Part shown: one piece after another, positions 23,573-36,164 of the stretch | Position numbering within the stretch: position 1 is the first letter of the stretch | Layout of the letters: every line of letters begins with the position of its first letter | Assembly: GCF_006345805.1 (NCBI RefSeq) | Contig: NC_042998.1 | Coordinates: 120,900,001 to 120,964,000 of the forward strand | Length of the DNA: 64,000 nucleotides | Direction of reading: 5' to 3' | Source of the DNA: Octopus sinensis | Lineage: Eukaryota | The notes under the pieces: model-generated | Seen by the model: the letters and a program-made list of their open reading frames with translations, nothing else | What the model was told of the DNA's origin: nothing | Databases searched by the model: none | Made by a program: the position numbers and the translations under genes

Positions 23573-24664
23573 TGAAAATTCCCATTTTCATACTCATGCA
23601 CTTACACATACATACAGTAGAGAGAGATAAGGAGCTATTCATTGACAAGCAACTTTATTCTAAAAGTGTCCAAAATAAATTGCTTGTTGATCGGCTGGAA
23701 ATAGCAGCCAAACCACCATCAACTAATACCCTATTGTCTTATGTATGTATATGTGTGTGTCAATAACAGACTTCTACATGGTAGTTTGAGCTCATAGAAA
23801 TAACCAAATTTCCCTCAAATCATACCTTACAATCTTGTGTGTTTGTATCTCTGAGCAGATTAGGGAAACTTCTACAAAGTTGCTTGTCCTGCTAGAAAGA
23901 GTAGTCACATGTCTCTCAAATTACATCCTACTGCCTTATATCTATATGTTTATATGTATGAGGCAAGGAACTATTTACCAATCCCTAATCTGTCTGTTTT
24001 TTATCAATATTCTGTCCTCCTACCTTCTCTCTCTCTTCTTTCTCCTGTCTCTCACTCAATGTCTCTTACTGTCTTTGGCATTCTGTCCCTTACTCTTTAT
24101 TGCCCTCTCTTCCTCTCATTCTTTCTCTCTTTCATGTTGGAGGTGGATCTCTGTTTGTCAGTAAAGATTCGGTTGTTTAATCAACTGAATTACTTGCTCC
24201 ATTGAATTAACATACAAGTGGTTAAATGTTCCATAGAATCAGCATGACATAATGTAAGTAACAATGCTTTATCAGTATATAATAATGTAGGTAACAATGC
24301 TGTTTCCACTTAAGGAGATTTCTATACAGTTTCCTTCCATCTATCCAATTTCACTTACTTGTTATGGCCAATTCCAATGCTACAGAAAATGACATTTGCC
24401 TGAGATGCCAATGCAGTGGAATGAAAGTGGTTGTGAAGTGAACTTCTTAAGGATCTAGTCTTTTTCATTCACAAAATGAGCCCCGTTTAATTTTTCTCAG
24501 ATTGCTTTCAATTTTGGTGTATCGATGCAACTCTGAATTTTGATTACAATCAACCAATTACTTTATCTCGTAAGTTAAAGAAAGAATCTGATGTTATTTG
24601 GAATTAAAGTTGGGAAATCTGGGTAATTTTAGCCAGTCAGCAGACACCGAGGCATTAGCAGCTT

Positions 24665-24678
24665 GTTACCATGACAAC
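24665..24678. promoter_or_regulatory. RFX X-box-like motif
   Basis: GTTACCATGACAAC has one mismatch to GTNRCC-N0-3-RGYAAC and lies in non-repeat DNA. Function not shown. Confidence 0.25.
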
Positions 24679-25841
24679 CGCACAGTGTTGTGGTTCACTG
24701 TCTGAACCACATGTTGTTCTATGTTGATTTTTCATACTTGATTCTTCACACCACAAGATTTTTTTCACCCATGTGTTTTGTTTTAATTTTTCTGTGTGTT
24801 TGTATATTACAAATTTTTCTGCGCTTCTCTGTGTTAGTATTTTTACATATTTTTCATTTCATATATTTTTGACTCAGATAGCTGGATTTATGATTTCACT
24901 AGGTTAATTTTATTCATAAAAATTTTAATTGGGAGTATTTCTCAAACCATTAGCTTCACATTTCAACAGCTTAACTGAAATTTAGCCTACGTAACAAGAA
25001 CTGAGAGGGATATTGTGGAACAGAGAAACTGTGGGTGATACAGATAATTTGACATTATTTTTGAATTCTGCATGCAGAAACATACAAGGTACAGGTATTC
25101 TTTTCCTTGAGACAAATTCTTTGTTGACTAGTGTTATTCTTATTGTAGTTTACAAATCCAAGCATGAAAACGTTACTCAACTTTGGAGTTTAGGAGACAG
25201 ACACCACCTTCACATAAACACACATGAATGCATAAATGTACATATAAACTTATAAATGAATACATGCATCTACATGCACTTATATATTAATGATGTACAC
25301 AGATATATGACAAGTATACGTAATACTGAAATAGGCATAAAGTAAACACCTGCAGACATATATTAATATAACAAATTTTTAATAAAAATATACAAATCAC
25401 TGAAGAGACAAAAGAAACAGTAAGATGATACATGTTGATTTTATTAGGTATTTCTGTTTATTTAAAAACCTACAATGAACAGGTCATGTCACAAACGCTA
25501 AACTATAAATTTCACAAGGTTGACACTCCTCTGCTAAATGCAAAAAATTTCTATCTCACTATTGGCTAAAAATACAGAGTTTTCCGAATCTTTAAACCTC
25601 TAACTTTTCCTCCAACTTCTTTCTCCACAACATCATACCATCATAGCAATGAGACTGGAAGACTACATTATTATAGCTGATTTTCAGATTTTTTACTTCC
25701 TTTTAAAAAATGCATATTTTGCGAATGAAAAAATACTACATCTCTTCTTAATCATTTGGCTATTATGCCTCCATGCATACACATCCACAGACACATATAT
25801 GTATGTATATATGTGTGTGTGTGTATATATATATATATATA

Positions 25842-26478
25842 CTGGAAGTGTGCTGTGCGCGAGAAGACCCGGCAGGACAAGTGAGTCCACAACCCGTGGC
25901 CTTCTACATGGGATGGAGCCAGCCTACGTATGCATACCTTCCCTTCTTGGGACACAAAACTCTACTTGTGAAGACGTGTTGAGGCAAGTGAGGATCAGAA
26001 TCGAAATCGATCAATGGAAATTGCGGATGTGCTACCAGTGCCGGTGGCATGTCGAAACTCTGCTTGTGAAGACCCATTGAGGCAAGTGAGGATCAGAATC
26101 GAAATCGATCAATGGAAATTGCAGATGTGTTACCAGTGCCGGTGGCATGTAAGAGAACTTTCCGTTTCGCGACCGTTGCCAGCACCGCCCCGTTTCGTGT
26201 CCGTTGTCAGCCTCGCCTGGCCCTCGTGCCGGTGGCACATAAAAAGCACCATCCGTTCGTGGCCGTTTGCCAGCTCTGTCTGGCACCAGTGCGGGTGGCA
26301 CGTAAAAAGCACCCACTACACTCACGGAGTGGTTGGCGTTAGGAAGGGCATCCAGCCGTAGAAACACTGCCAGATTTGACTGGGCCTGATGAAGCCTTCT
26401 GGCTTCACAGACCCTAGTAGAACCGTCCAACCCATGCTAGCATGGAAAACGGACGCTAAATGATGATGATGATGATGA
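25842..26478 (+). mobile_element. 5'-truncated RTE LINE: ORF end plus full 3' UTR (family B) with a 98-bp tandem duplication
   Basis: Begins WKCAVREKTRQDK* (RTE C-terminus); aaactct(a/g)cttgtgaagac starts at 25957 and 26055; family B core and (GAT)n tail; CpGs intact. Confidence 0.8.
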
Positions 26479-26602
26479 TATATATATATATAGCAAGTTT
26501 CTTACTGCACAACCACACCTGCACCTCTGTGTGTGTGCAAGCTTGACTGTCATCACCATCATCATCATCATTTAACACTCGTTGTCCATGCTGGCATGGG
26601 TT

Positions 26603-26885
26603 AGGCTGCTGTGGTAAGAAACTTGCTTCTTAACCTCATGGTTCTGAGTTCAGTCCCTCTGCATGACACCTTGGGCAAGTGTGTTTTACAATAGCTTTGG
26701 ATCAACCAAAGCCTTCTGAATGGATTTGGCAGACAGAAACTGAAAGAAGCTTGTTGTATATATGTGTATGTGCTTTTGTGTCTGTGTTTGTCCCCCCACC
26801 ACTGCTTGACAACTGGTGTCAGTGTGTATATGCCCTTATAACTTAGCAGTTCAGCAAAAAAGACTGATAGAAAAAGTACTGGGGT
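26603..26885 (+). mobile_element. SINE family A (3' truncated)
   Basis: ggctgctgtggtaagaaacttgcttc...gagttcagtccc..gcatgacaccttgggcaagtg...gaaactgaaagaagc. Confidence 0.8.
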
Positions 26886-26894
26886 TGCTCTTTT

Positions 26895-27265
26895 ACTCAT
26901 GTGAATGCAACTATGCTGGAGCACTGCCTTTAATCAAACGAATCTACCCCAAGACTTATTCTTTGTAAGCCTAGTACTTATTCTATTTGTCACTTTTGCC
27001 AAACCGCTAAGCTACGGGGACATAAGCACACCAATATCAGTTGTCAAGCGATGGTAGGGTTGACAAACACAGACACACAAACATATATATATATATACAT
27101 TTATATACATACAACGGGCTTCTTTCAGTTTCTGTCTACTGAATCCACTGACAAGGCTTTGGTCGGCCCAAGGCTATAGTAGAAGACACTTGCCCAAGGT
27201 GCCATGCAGTGGAACTGAACCCAGAACCATATGGTTGGGAAGCAAGCTTCTTACCACACAGCCAC
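26895..27265 (-). mobile_element. SINE family A, near full length, tail-to-tail with the previous copy
   Basis: Ends ...gaaccatatggttgggaagcaagcttcttaccacacagcc, the reverse complement of the family A head. Confidence 0.85.
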
Positions 27266-28432
27266 ACCAAGATTCATTCGACTAAAAATTTTCAACATGG
27301 ACGCAGTTTAAAGACTGAAACAAGTAAAAGTTAAAGTGTGTGTGTGCATTTTATCAGCCTCTAAGCCTCATAAACTCAACATCTTTATTTACGTAGAAAG
27401 ATATCTTTTTAGATAGATCACTGTTGCTGTTACATTCATTCCAGAATCAATAGAGTAAGTAGTAGACAATATAATTAACTACACCTCTTCCATTAAATAT
27501 GTGACCTTGTGTCTGTGTTACTATTTCCATAGAAAGATATCTCCTGGAGCAATCACGCCACCTTTGTGGTTGATAAACATGTTATTTTACTACTTACAAA
27601 GGAAAATAACTCCTCCAACAAGGCAGTCTCTACAATTTTAAAGTGAAAGTCTTCCTTCCTGTGGAATTAAAACTGATGCTTTTTGTGTTGCCTCTTTTAA
27701 ATTTTATGTATTTTGTATAATATAGCAATTAGTGAACAGTGATATGATTGGTTATTGATTTCTAATCAGCCATTTATTGCTTAAACTGCATTTCTGGTGT
27801 TGAGAGTGATAAAGATTGTGTCTCTAACTCATATGAAGCAAATACTACACAGGGTCTTTCTATTTTAAAAGCAAGGGAAATCATGTAATGAAGGAAAGAT
27901 ATATGAATCAATTGAAGCTTTGAAGGATATTGGGTGGAATGTTTAAGTTCTGGCTTTTGTGTGTGATTTTTATGTATTTCAACATGCCATCTTATGCCAA
28001 TCAATAAAATATACAATAATTATTGATTATTAACTACTGAAACAATTGTAATGAAATAATTGAAATACCAACAATTTGCTTTCTGGTTATTCTTTTAAAC
28101 TATACATGACTTTTCCTCCTCTGCAATAACTCTAACCTGTACCGATGCTCAACCAACTGCAGAAGTTTAACATAGCTCTGATTTTGACTCTCAAAATTAC
28201 ATCCAGAATCATACTAATATCTTAGGAGTGAAATTTAGGATTTCTTGGTTTTCTGTGAATCAATGTTGATAAAACTTTTCCCAGCTGGTTTGTACACTAT
28301 GGCAACACCATTGTTAGGTTTTCATTATTCTGTGTAACGTCCTTTCTTTTTTATTTCAGATTCTTCATCTTTGTGGTGAACCATATTAATAGCTTTTGAA
28401 TGAAAATAGCCGTCTAGACATTCTTTTTTTAA

Positions 28433-29348
28433 GAAAATGAAGGGTAATGATACATGTTAAGCATACATTGAGTATATATTTGACAGAAAACCATAATAAT
28501 AATATAACATTTATTGACGTAATGAATTATTTAGCCACATGAGCACCATTTTGATGGATAACTTCAAAAACCCTATTAGTCATGGAATCTGTCAATTTCT
28601 GAGTAGTGAAAGGGTGATGGTGGTCCATCATTAAACAAGATATTTATGCTGATAGATGCCAATTTATGCCGAAAGATGTCTTATGGGCAGCCATGAAAGC
28701 TGCAGTAGAGGCAGTCCAACCTGCTATTATTCCATAAGACCCTAGGAATGTTTGGGTTGTCCAAGCAGAGTAGGAGGGAATGTTGCCATGCATGAATATG
28801 AGATTCTGTAGAAGTGACAGCAGTATATCATCTAGCCAGGGATCTAAGACCTCTTTCAGGAGATTGCAGTAGGCGGCTGAGGTCATTTTAATCTCTTCAG
28901 GCACCCTGACTAGGCCAACAAGTCTGTCCCCAATGATACCAGCCCACAACATGACTCCTCCATCTTGTTGGTGATGCTCATCTCCAAAATAGACCTAACC
29001 ATTTGCCCAACCATCAGGTTCACAAGCCTCAAACTCCTGTGAGGAAGCAGTTCCAGGGGTTCTTGCATGGAAGTGACGGTCACGAGGATAGGATTTCTGG
29101 TGGTTTTCAGTGCATGTGGAAGTCCAGAAGCAGTAAAAATGGCTTTGCTTGTTTGTCCAAGCTTCCCATGTAACTTGCGGCTAATATTGCTTAAATCCCT
29201 GGCTGTCACAGTCTTGGAGGTCCCACAATTGGATCGTTTCTTCCTTGGTGCTCATGTGGCTAAATAATTCATTATGTCAATAAATGTTATAATCTTATGG
29301 TTTTCTGTTAAATATATACGTACTGTATGTATCATTACCCTTCATTTC
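28433..29348 (-). mobile_element. Rearranged Tc1 element with about 110-bp inverted arms
   Basis: Arms at 28433-28548 and 29246-29348. Inside, minus strand PRKKRSNCGTSKTVTARDL..., PDGW, VMLWAGIIGDRLVG...IFMHGNIPSY; plus strand ERVM/WSIIKQDIYAD...VQPA (28608-28727); minus strand TQKLTDSMTNRVFEVIHQNGAHVAK* with stop at 28527-28529. Confidence 0.85.
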
Positions 29349-29349
29349 A

Positions 29350-29810
29350 TAATAGAGTATAGGATGTATTTGTATTTTTGAGATGATGTATGTGGTTGGC
29401 AAGTGTTGTAGATTTACTATGTTTATTGTATCTAAAAGAATGTAGGTGAGCAGCATATCATTGCTTAAAATTTTTGGTTGATCCTATGTATATGGCTGTA
29501 GAGTTGTGTAATAGATTAAGGACAGTGCATTTGTAAATTACATTATATCTTCTGCAATGGGTTTGTAACGGGCAGATGGTTCCAGGACGGCAGTTACAAT
29601 TAGGTGAATTTTGGGAGTTGTGTTCAGGAATGGAGGAGGTAATATTGTCAGAGGAGAGGTTAGAGAATTGGGTAGAAAAGTCTGTGCTGGAGCTGTATGT
29701 GTGTTGCGCATTCATATGACTAGAGTTGTAATTATGTGAGTTTTGATAGTAAAGAGAAAGCATGTCTTTTATCCGAATTTTATTATTATGCACTCAGCAA
29801 TTTTTTTTAA
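29350..29810 (-). mobile_element. Penelope-like element, GIY-YIG endonuclease fragment
   Basis: HNNKI...CNCRPGTICPLQTHC..NVIYKCTV...YIGSTKNFKQ*(R)YAAHLHSFRYNKHSKSTTLANHI: the PLE CNCR..CPL and YIG-T..FK.R..H motifs, with one TGA where CGA is expected. Confidence 0.85.
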
Positions 29811-30859
29811 AATGTTGTTTGTATATGTACGTCAGGACCTAGACATGTTTTTATGTGGATGTTTGTATTGTTGGTATACATATGTATTCGTATGTATACG
29901 TCTATGGATATGTGCAAGCAAGCATATATGTTTATACTTGTGCACATATATACATGGATGTATATGTATGCATGTATTCACTTAGATTTGTGTGGATGTG
30001 TATTTAAGTACATATTTCCATATATTTATATATGTGATTTTATATGTGTATTTATGCCAATATACACTTTTGTATACACATGTATATGTAATTTATTTTG
30101 TGCATGTTCGTTACACATACCCAGCCACCTATCTTTCTTTCTTCCTCAAGTTAAGATCATGTAATTAGCAAAATCGTTTTTTGTTTTTCATTAATTATTT
30201 ATATAGAGATTATTTCTCATAAAAGATTATTATCAAAAAGAGATTTTCAATGGAGCTTTCTTTTTATTTTTATAACTCCCAACCTCCACTGCTGGGTGTT
30301 TCTTTTTTTCTTCCATATATTTTTGTTAATGGAGAAATCCTACAATGGAGCCTCTGGGTGGTTGCTCAGCCTGCAAAAAAATAGTAGTCAAATCTCCCTC
30401 AAATCACAACCCTAAAGACAACAAGAACACTTTTGATAATAGGTTTGCTCTGTCACAGTTAACCATAAGTCTACTTTGGAGAACACCTAAGAGACAGCTG
30501 GATGCCTATAAGAGCATCTTTATGTGGTTGCTTGACCGGCTAGAAATAGCATTCAAATCTTTCTCAAATAGTGTTGTCCAAGAAACTGTATCTGGAAACA
30601 AGATTGGACAGTCGCTACTGAAATGTTTAATCCATCAGGCAGCACCTTAAACAGCAATAACAAGACTGATAATGAAAAAGTTTGTTTTTTTCTAGGTTGG
30701 GTGTATATATATGACTCTTGGCTGATTTTCCTGTTGCTGATCAAACTGAATTTCTCTATTAAGTTTTCAATCATGTGGTCTTTTGATTTTTTTTTACACA
30801 AGACTTCAGTAAGTTTTGAAAACACTACCCCCACTCAACTGAGGGGTTTTTGTCTTGTG

Positions 30860-31055
30860 AGTACTTGGTGACCTCACTAGTGCAAGTGCCACAAAAAAAG
30901 TACCCAGTGCACTCTGTGGGGAGGTTGACATTAGGAAGGGCATTCAGCTGTAGAAAGCATGCCAAAGCAGATATTGGGGCTTGGCACAGCCCTGTACCTT
31001 GTCAATTCATGTTGAACCATCCAACTCATGCCAACATGGGAAAAGGGTTGTTAAA
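30860..31055 (+). mobile_element. Family B repeat (degenerate)
   Basis: cttggtgacctcactagtgc..gtgccac...ttaggaagggcattcagctgtagaaa...catgccaacatggg. Confidence 0.65.
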
Positions 31056-31124
31056 TGAAAATGATAAGATTATACTGTTATATATAATTATAAGAACTAA
31101 TGGTATATGAAATTAAAGTCATAG

Positions 31125-31320
31125 TGGATTGGTAGAATTATTAGAGCATCAGAAAAAATTATTTACGGTATTTATTTTGATCATTTATCTTTTGAGTTCA
31201 AATCTTGCCAAGATCAAGTTTGTCTTTCATTCTCTTGAGGTTTATAAAATAAGTACCAATTAATGAACCCCTTCCACTAAAATTGCTGGTCTTGTGCCAA
31301 AATTTGAAATTACTGGCCTT
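31125..31320 (+). mobile_element. SINE family C
   Basis: gagttcaaatcttgcc..gatcaagtttgtctttcattc...ataaaataagtacc...ttgtgccaaaatttgaaa. Confidence 0.65.
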
Positions 31321-32020
31321 GTACTAAATGTTGTTGTTGTTGCTATTGTTATTAATGCTATTGTTGTTGTTATTTCTGGAATTTTCCACATTGATAAATA
31401 TTCATTGAGTTAGCGATTTAATCAGCCACTGTGTTTATTGACTTCACCTTCTTAAGAATCAGCCATCTTTCTTCTATCTGCGAGAAAAATATACACAGAT
31501 CTAGAGAGACTCACACACGTTACATTGAATGAAGTTGAGTGTAATTGCATTAGGGAGCTTCTCTCTTTATAATCTTTCTTCATGGAATGGTTTGTTTCTT
31601 TTCTGAAATCTTTTCCATCAGTAAATTCCCAAGTAACCTGCTAGCTCTCCCAAATAGCAATTAATGTAGCTCTGACAGGCAACTAGTTATCATCAGCCTA
31701 TTACTCTACACTTAACTGAGTAATCTTTACAAAGATAACATTATGCTGGTACACCCATCACATAGTATTTTGGGATAACGGAACCTATACTTATGTGTGT
31801 TTGTTTGTGTGTGTGTGTGTGTGTGCGTGCGTGTGTGTGTGTGTCTTGGTTTTAACAAACAGGAATTAAGATACTCAATATCATAGTAGAGTATAATGCT
31901 TTATATTCAGCCTGTTCCTATTTGAGAAACTGAAAACACATCAGCAAAACACTGGAGTAATATGTCACTAGATCAGCTTAAATAAACTATATGTGTTTGT
32001 GTGTGTATGTATATTTATGA

Positions 32021-32066
<46 letters not shown>

Positions 32067-32109
32067 TATATATGAATGTGTGTGTATTTGTATGTATGTA
32101 TACATAGGA

Positions 32110-32530
32110 ATCTAGGCATTACTATATGGTTAAGAAACTTGTTCCACAACCATGTGGCTTGGAGTTTAGTCCCACTGTGTGGCACCTTGAGCAAGTGTCT
32201 TCTACTATAGTCCCAGACTGACCAAAGCCTTGTGGGTAAATTTGATAGACAGTTTTTCTCTATCAAATTTGTATATGTATGTGTCTATGTGTATATTTGT
32301 CCCTTGTTGTCATGATATCATGTGGTGGTTTTAAACATGAGCATCACCATAATATAAGCAATGTCGTTCATTTATAGTTTTCCATTGAAAATTATGCTTG
32401 TAGATGAGGAAATGGTATCTTGTTTTGAAACAAGTGAGGATTAGTGACAAGAAGGGTATCCAACCAAAGAAAATCTGCCCCAATATATTCTATCTGACTC
32501 AAGCAAAGTTGAAAAAGTAGATGTTAGGAA
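32110..32530 (+). mobile_element. Family A 5' half followed by a family F repeat
   Basis: ggttaagaaacttgttccacaaccatgtgg...gtcccactgtgtggcaccttgagcaagtgtcttctactatag, then gaaacaagtgaggattagtgacaagaagggtatccaacc. Confidence 0.65.
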
Positions 32531-33539
32531 AACACCAGAGGAAAAATATTTATATACTTTAGAAAATTCCTCACAAAAAGAAGACTAATTATGGAAACCG
32601 TACTCATATTCCAATACAATACCAAAATTTAATACATGGCTATTAACATAAAAAATTAAAATCCTATTGGTCCATAGTCGACTGTGACTAACAAATCAAT
32701 GCATGATTGATTATGCATGATGTTAGTGGTCAAAAAACTTTTGGTTGGAAAGTCTACCCAAATTCAGAATACAGACAAATGCCAAATATATTCAATTCAA
32801 TTCTTGAAAATGAGACCGTGAAGGTCTAGAAATGCAGGATGTGGATTTAGGAACTCTATTGTTTCAAGTTATCTGTAAAAAAAACTAATGAGAAAACATG
32901 ATAAACCTAAAATATAAAAAAAATAAAACTTGAACATTGTTATGCATTTAATGAACCATGCATAATGTGACCTGCTGCTGGTACCATGTAAACCAGTTTT
33001 ACGTATCATATGGGTGGGTTGTCAGCAACTAAAATGGCTTCCCCATTTGAATAGCTTTCTTGTGAGGAGAGTGTCTGGACACTCAGCAGGACTAAAAAAA
33101 AGACCTGATGAAGGGTGGAGTAGCTCCTTGTGAGCCAACAGCTATCCCGTTGGAGACAGTAATAGCAAACCACCCCCATATCTCTGCCAAGAAAATACTG
33201 AGTCAGTCAGAACAAAGTAATACTATGGCTTCATCCGATGGGAGAACTTGCACTTAATCAGGAAGACGGTCATTGTAGTGTCATCAACATGCTGTAAAAA
33301 CATACGATAAATGGCAATGACAATAAATATATGTATATGTGGGTGGGTAGGGGTGTGTGCATGTGTGTATATGTATAAATATATGTACATGTATGTGTGT
33401 GACAGTTGGTGACATGAGGGGTATCTAACCATAGAAAATCTGCCTCAATAAACTCCTTCGAACCTATGCAAGCATGGAGAAGTGGATGTTAAAATGATGA
33501 TCGTGAAGGCTGCTCCCCCTGGTAAAGAAGATTGACCTG

Positions 33540-33782
33540 CAAGAATCCTGTGCTAGTATCACATAAAAAACACTTGTGCCAGTGCCACGTAAAAGCGCTT
33601 GTGCAGAGCCATGTAAAAGCACCCAGCACACTCTGCAAAGTGATTGGTGTTAGGAAGGGCATCCAGCCGTAGAAAAAAAGCCAAATCAGACTGCTATCTT
33701 ATGCAGCTCCCAGCTTGCCAACTCATGTCAAACTGTCCAACCCATGCCAGCATGGAAAACACATTGAGCGATGATGATGATA
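33540..33782 (+). mobile_element. Family B repeat
   Basis: Repeated cttgtgc..gtgccacgtaaaagc subunits, core and (GAT)n tail. Confidence 0.75.
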
Positions 33783-36164
33783 TATTTATTTATATGTAAA
33801 TATGTACAGATGTGTGTGTATGTATTACTCACTACTATATTGAATTACATACGAAAATGTTACAACCACTTCCACGACTAAAATATATTTTATTTCTGTC
33901 TAACTACATTGTCCCACCCTCTTTTTTCTACTTCTGTTAAAACCTTCTTTTTGATTCTGACCAAGATGTGTCTGGTCAGTATCAGAGTGATAACGTGTCT
34001 TTATTCTTCATAGCATATTTAATTCAATAAGGCCATTGATTATCTCTGGCATAACCTCAGCTATTTCACTAACTATAGTACTGTAGTACCTGTTGCAAGT
34101 AGCAGATAAATTTCTTTTATCTCACACTCTACTGTCTTGAATAACAGGATGCACTAGATAATTAGCCTTAGAAATACTGTCTGAAAATTTATCAGATGGT
34201 CATGGCTGGAATGTCTTTGATCATAGATCTATTCAATTAGGACTAACTTAGGTTTAAGAAAAAAAATCAGTTACTAATTACAGCATTGCTAGGCACAGTT
34301 GTAATTAAGTTTTTTTTATTTTTTCATGGTTGTATTTATAACAAAATACATTGTCTGCAAATTTTAATTAAAAGAAAGCAAGAATCTGGTGGAATTTAGG
34401 AAAATAACTAATATTGTCGTAAGTAATATGGTGTGTTTGGAATATAACTTAGAAAAAGTCTCTTGTAAAATCATGTTGGGAGGTTTTAATTTAAGTATGA
34501 ATAACTTCAAAACGCTAGGCTTTGTTGTACAGGAATAAGGGTGGTTAAGGGTGGATTGATATCAAAAGGGTTAAAACTCAGCAAACCATTCCTAATTTCT
34601 TTATTTTATATAACTGATAGTGTCTGTGTTTCAGCAACTGCTTCTTCTATCATTGTTTAAATGACCTTAAATGTTCTGCAAATGACAAGACAATTAGTAT
34701 TATGTGGTCAAAACAGCCTACAGCATCATTGAGCTAAATATATCCAGTTTACTGTCTGCTCACTTTATAAACATTTTGAATTATCTTTGAGAACAAGGCT
34801 ATTTTAATTCACACATGGTGCAGGAGGGAGATGTCCATGTAATACAACAGATACCTTGCAACAGTAAATAATTAAAAGCTATAGTTTATAGTTTATTGCC
34901 CTTCTTTTGGCTTCCTCCTCAAAATAGATTTACACTAATGCCATTTCAATTTTGTATTTTCACTTAATACAAACACATGGTTTCACATTTGATGAGGCTG
35001 TTAGGGTTGTTGTTGTTGTTGTTGTTGTTAAGGTGTTGATTGCCAGTATGCAAGATGGAAGAAGAACAGTGATCAAAGTTATAAAGAAATATTTATTTAC
35101 TGTTACTTTGTATAATGCCATGCCTGGACAGGTGGGTGTGTGTATCATATAAAAACAATAGTTATCTTTTCTTGTATGTTGTTGCTGTTTATGTTTGGTC
35201 AACTGCTAGCTGCCCAACTAGGAATTAAAGGTAGAGAGAGTGAATGTTAAGTGTAGGAAGTTGATAAAAATGATACCTTTATGGCACCTGACATTTAAAC
35301 AGCAGTGGGGTTGTGATAAGACATCGTATCATAGTTGACATTCTCACTGTAAGCCTTCTCTCATTTGAATTATCTCACTAACTGAATTCTGTCTGCAGTT
35401 GCCTCTACCTCATCTCCTTTTTGCCAACTAACTTTTTCTTAGGTATTTTAGTATTTATAATTATCCAAACTAGTTAGAAGGAGAGACATATTGTTGAGAA
35501 CAATGAATTTCGTTGGGGGTCTGTTATCTCTAGTCTAGCTTTTGGTGGCCTAGAAGGGTCAAGTGCCAAAGACATCATTCTGCTTAGTGAAGGCATCTGG
35601 CAAATGTAACTGCTGTCACTCACAGAAAAACTATTGGTTTACTGTGATAAAGGTGCTGTTGAACTGTTGAGTGAAATTTGGTGATCAAAGATCGAATCCA
35701 CACTATGCCTGCATGAAGCCACTACAAGGCTATCTACTAAGTCAGTTACACTGTGAGTAAAAGAATAAAAAAATCCAGAGATCATAAATTGTATTTTTCC
35801 TGTATGACATGATAGCTACTTCTTTCCTATGATAACATAGGATTGGGTTGGAGTCAATAATAATTGAAAATAATTTCTATGTTAACAACTGCTTTATATC
35901 TAATGTCTCCCATCTAGCATTAGTGGGAAGAGTGGAGCTCTAGATTTGCTTGTCATTGTTATTCTTTTATTCATTTCAGTCATTAGGCAGTTGACATGCT
36001 GGAACACTGCCTTCAAAGTTTTAATGAACCATATCAATCTGGTACTTATTTCAATAAGCTCTGCTTATCAAACCTGTAAGTTCTGTTTTGACATTAAGGG
36101 ACATAACACTGATTTACAGAGACACGCATATGTACACACTCATGCACACATGCTCACACACACA

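Noticed and set aside
24690-24860. Minus-strand ILTQR...WVKKILWCEES resembling Tc1 WKKVLWSDES
   Set aside because: A single weak motif in T-rich DNA with no other transposase motif nearby.
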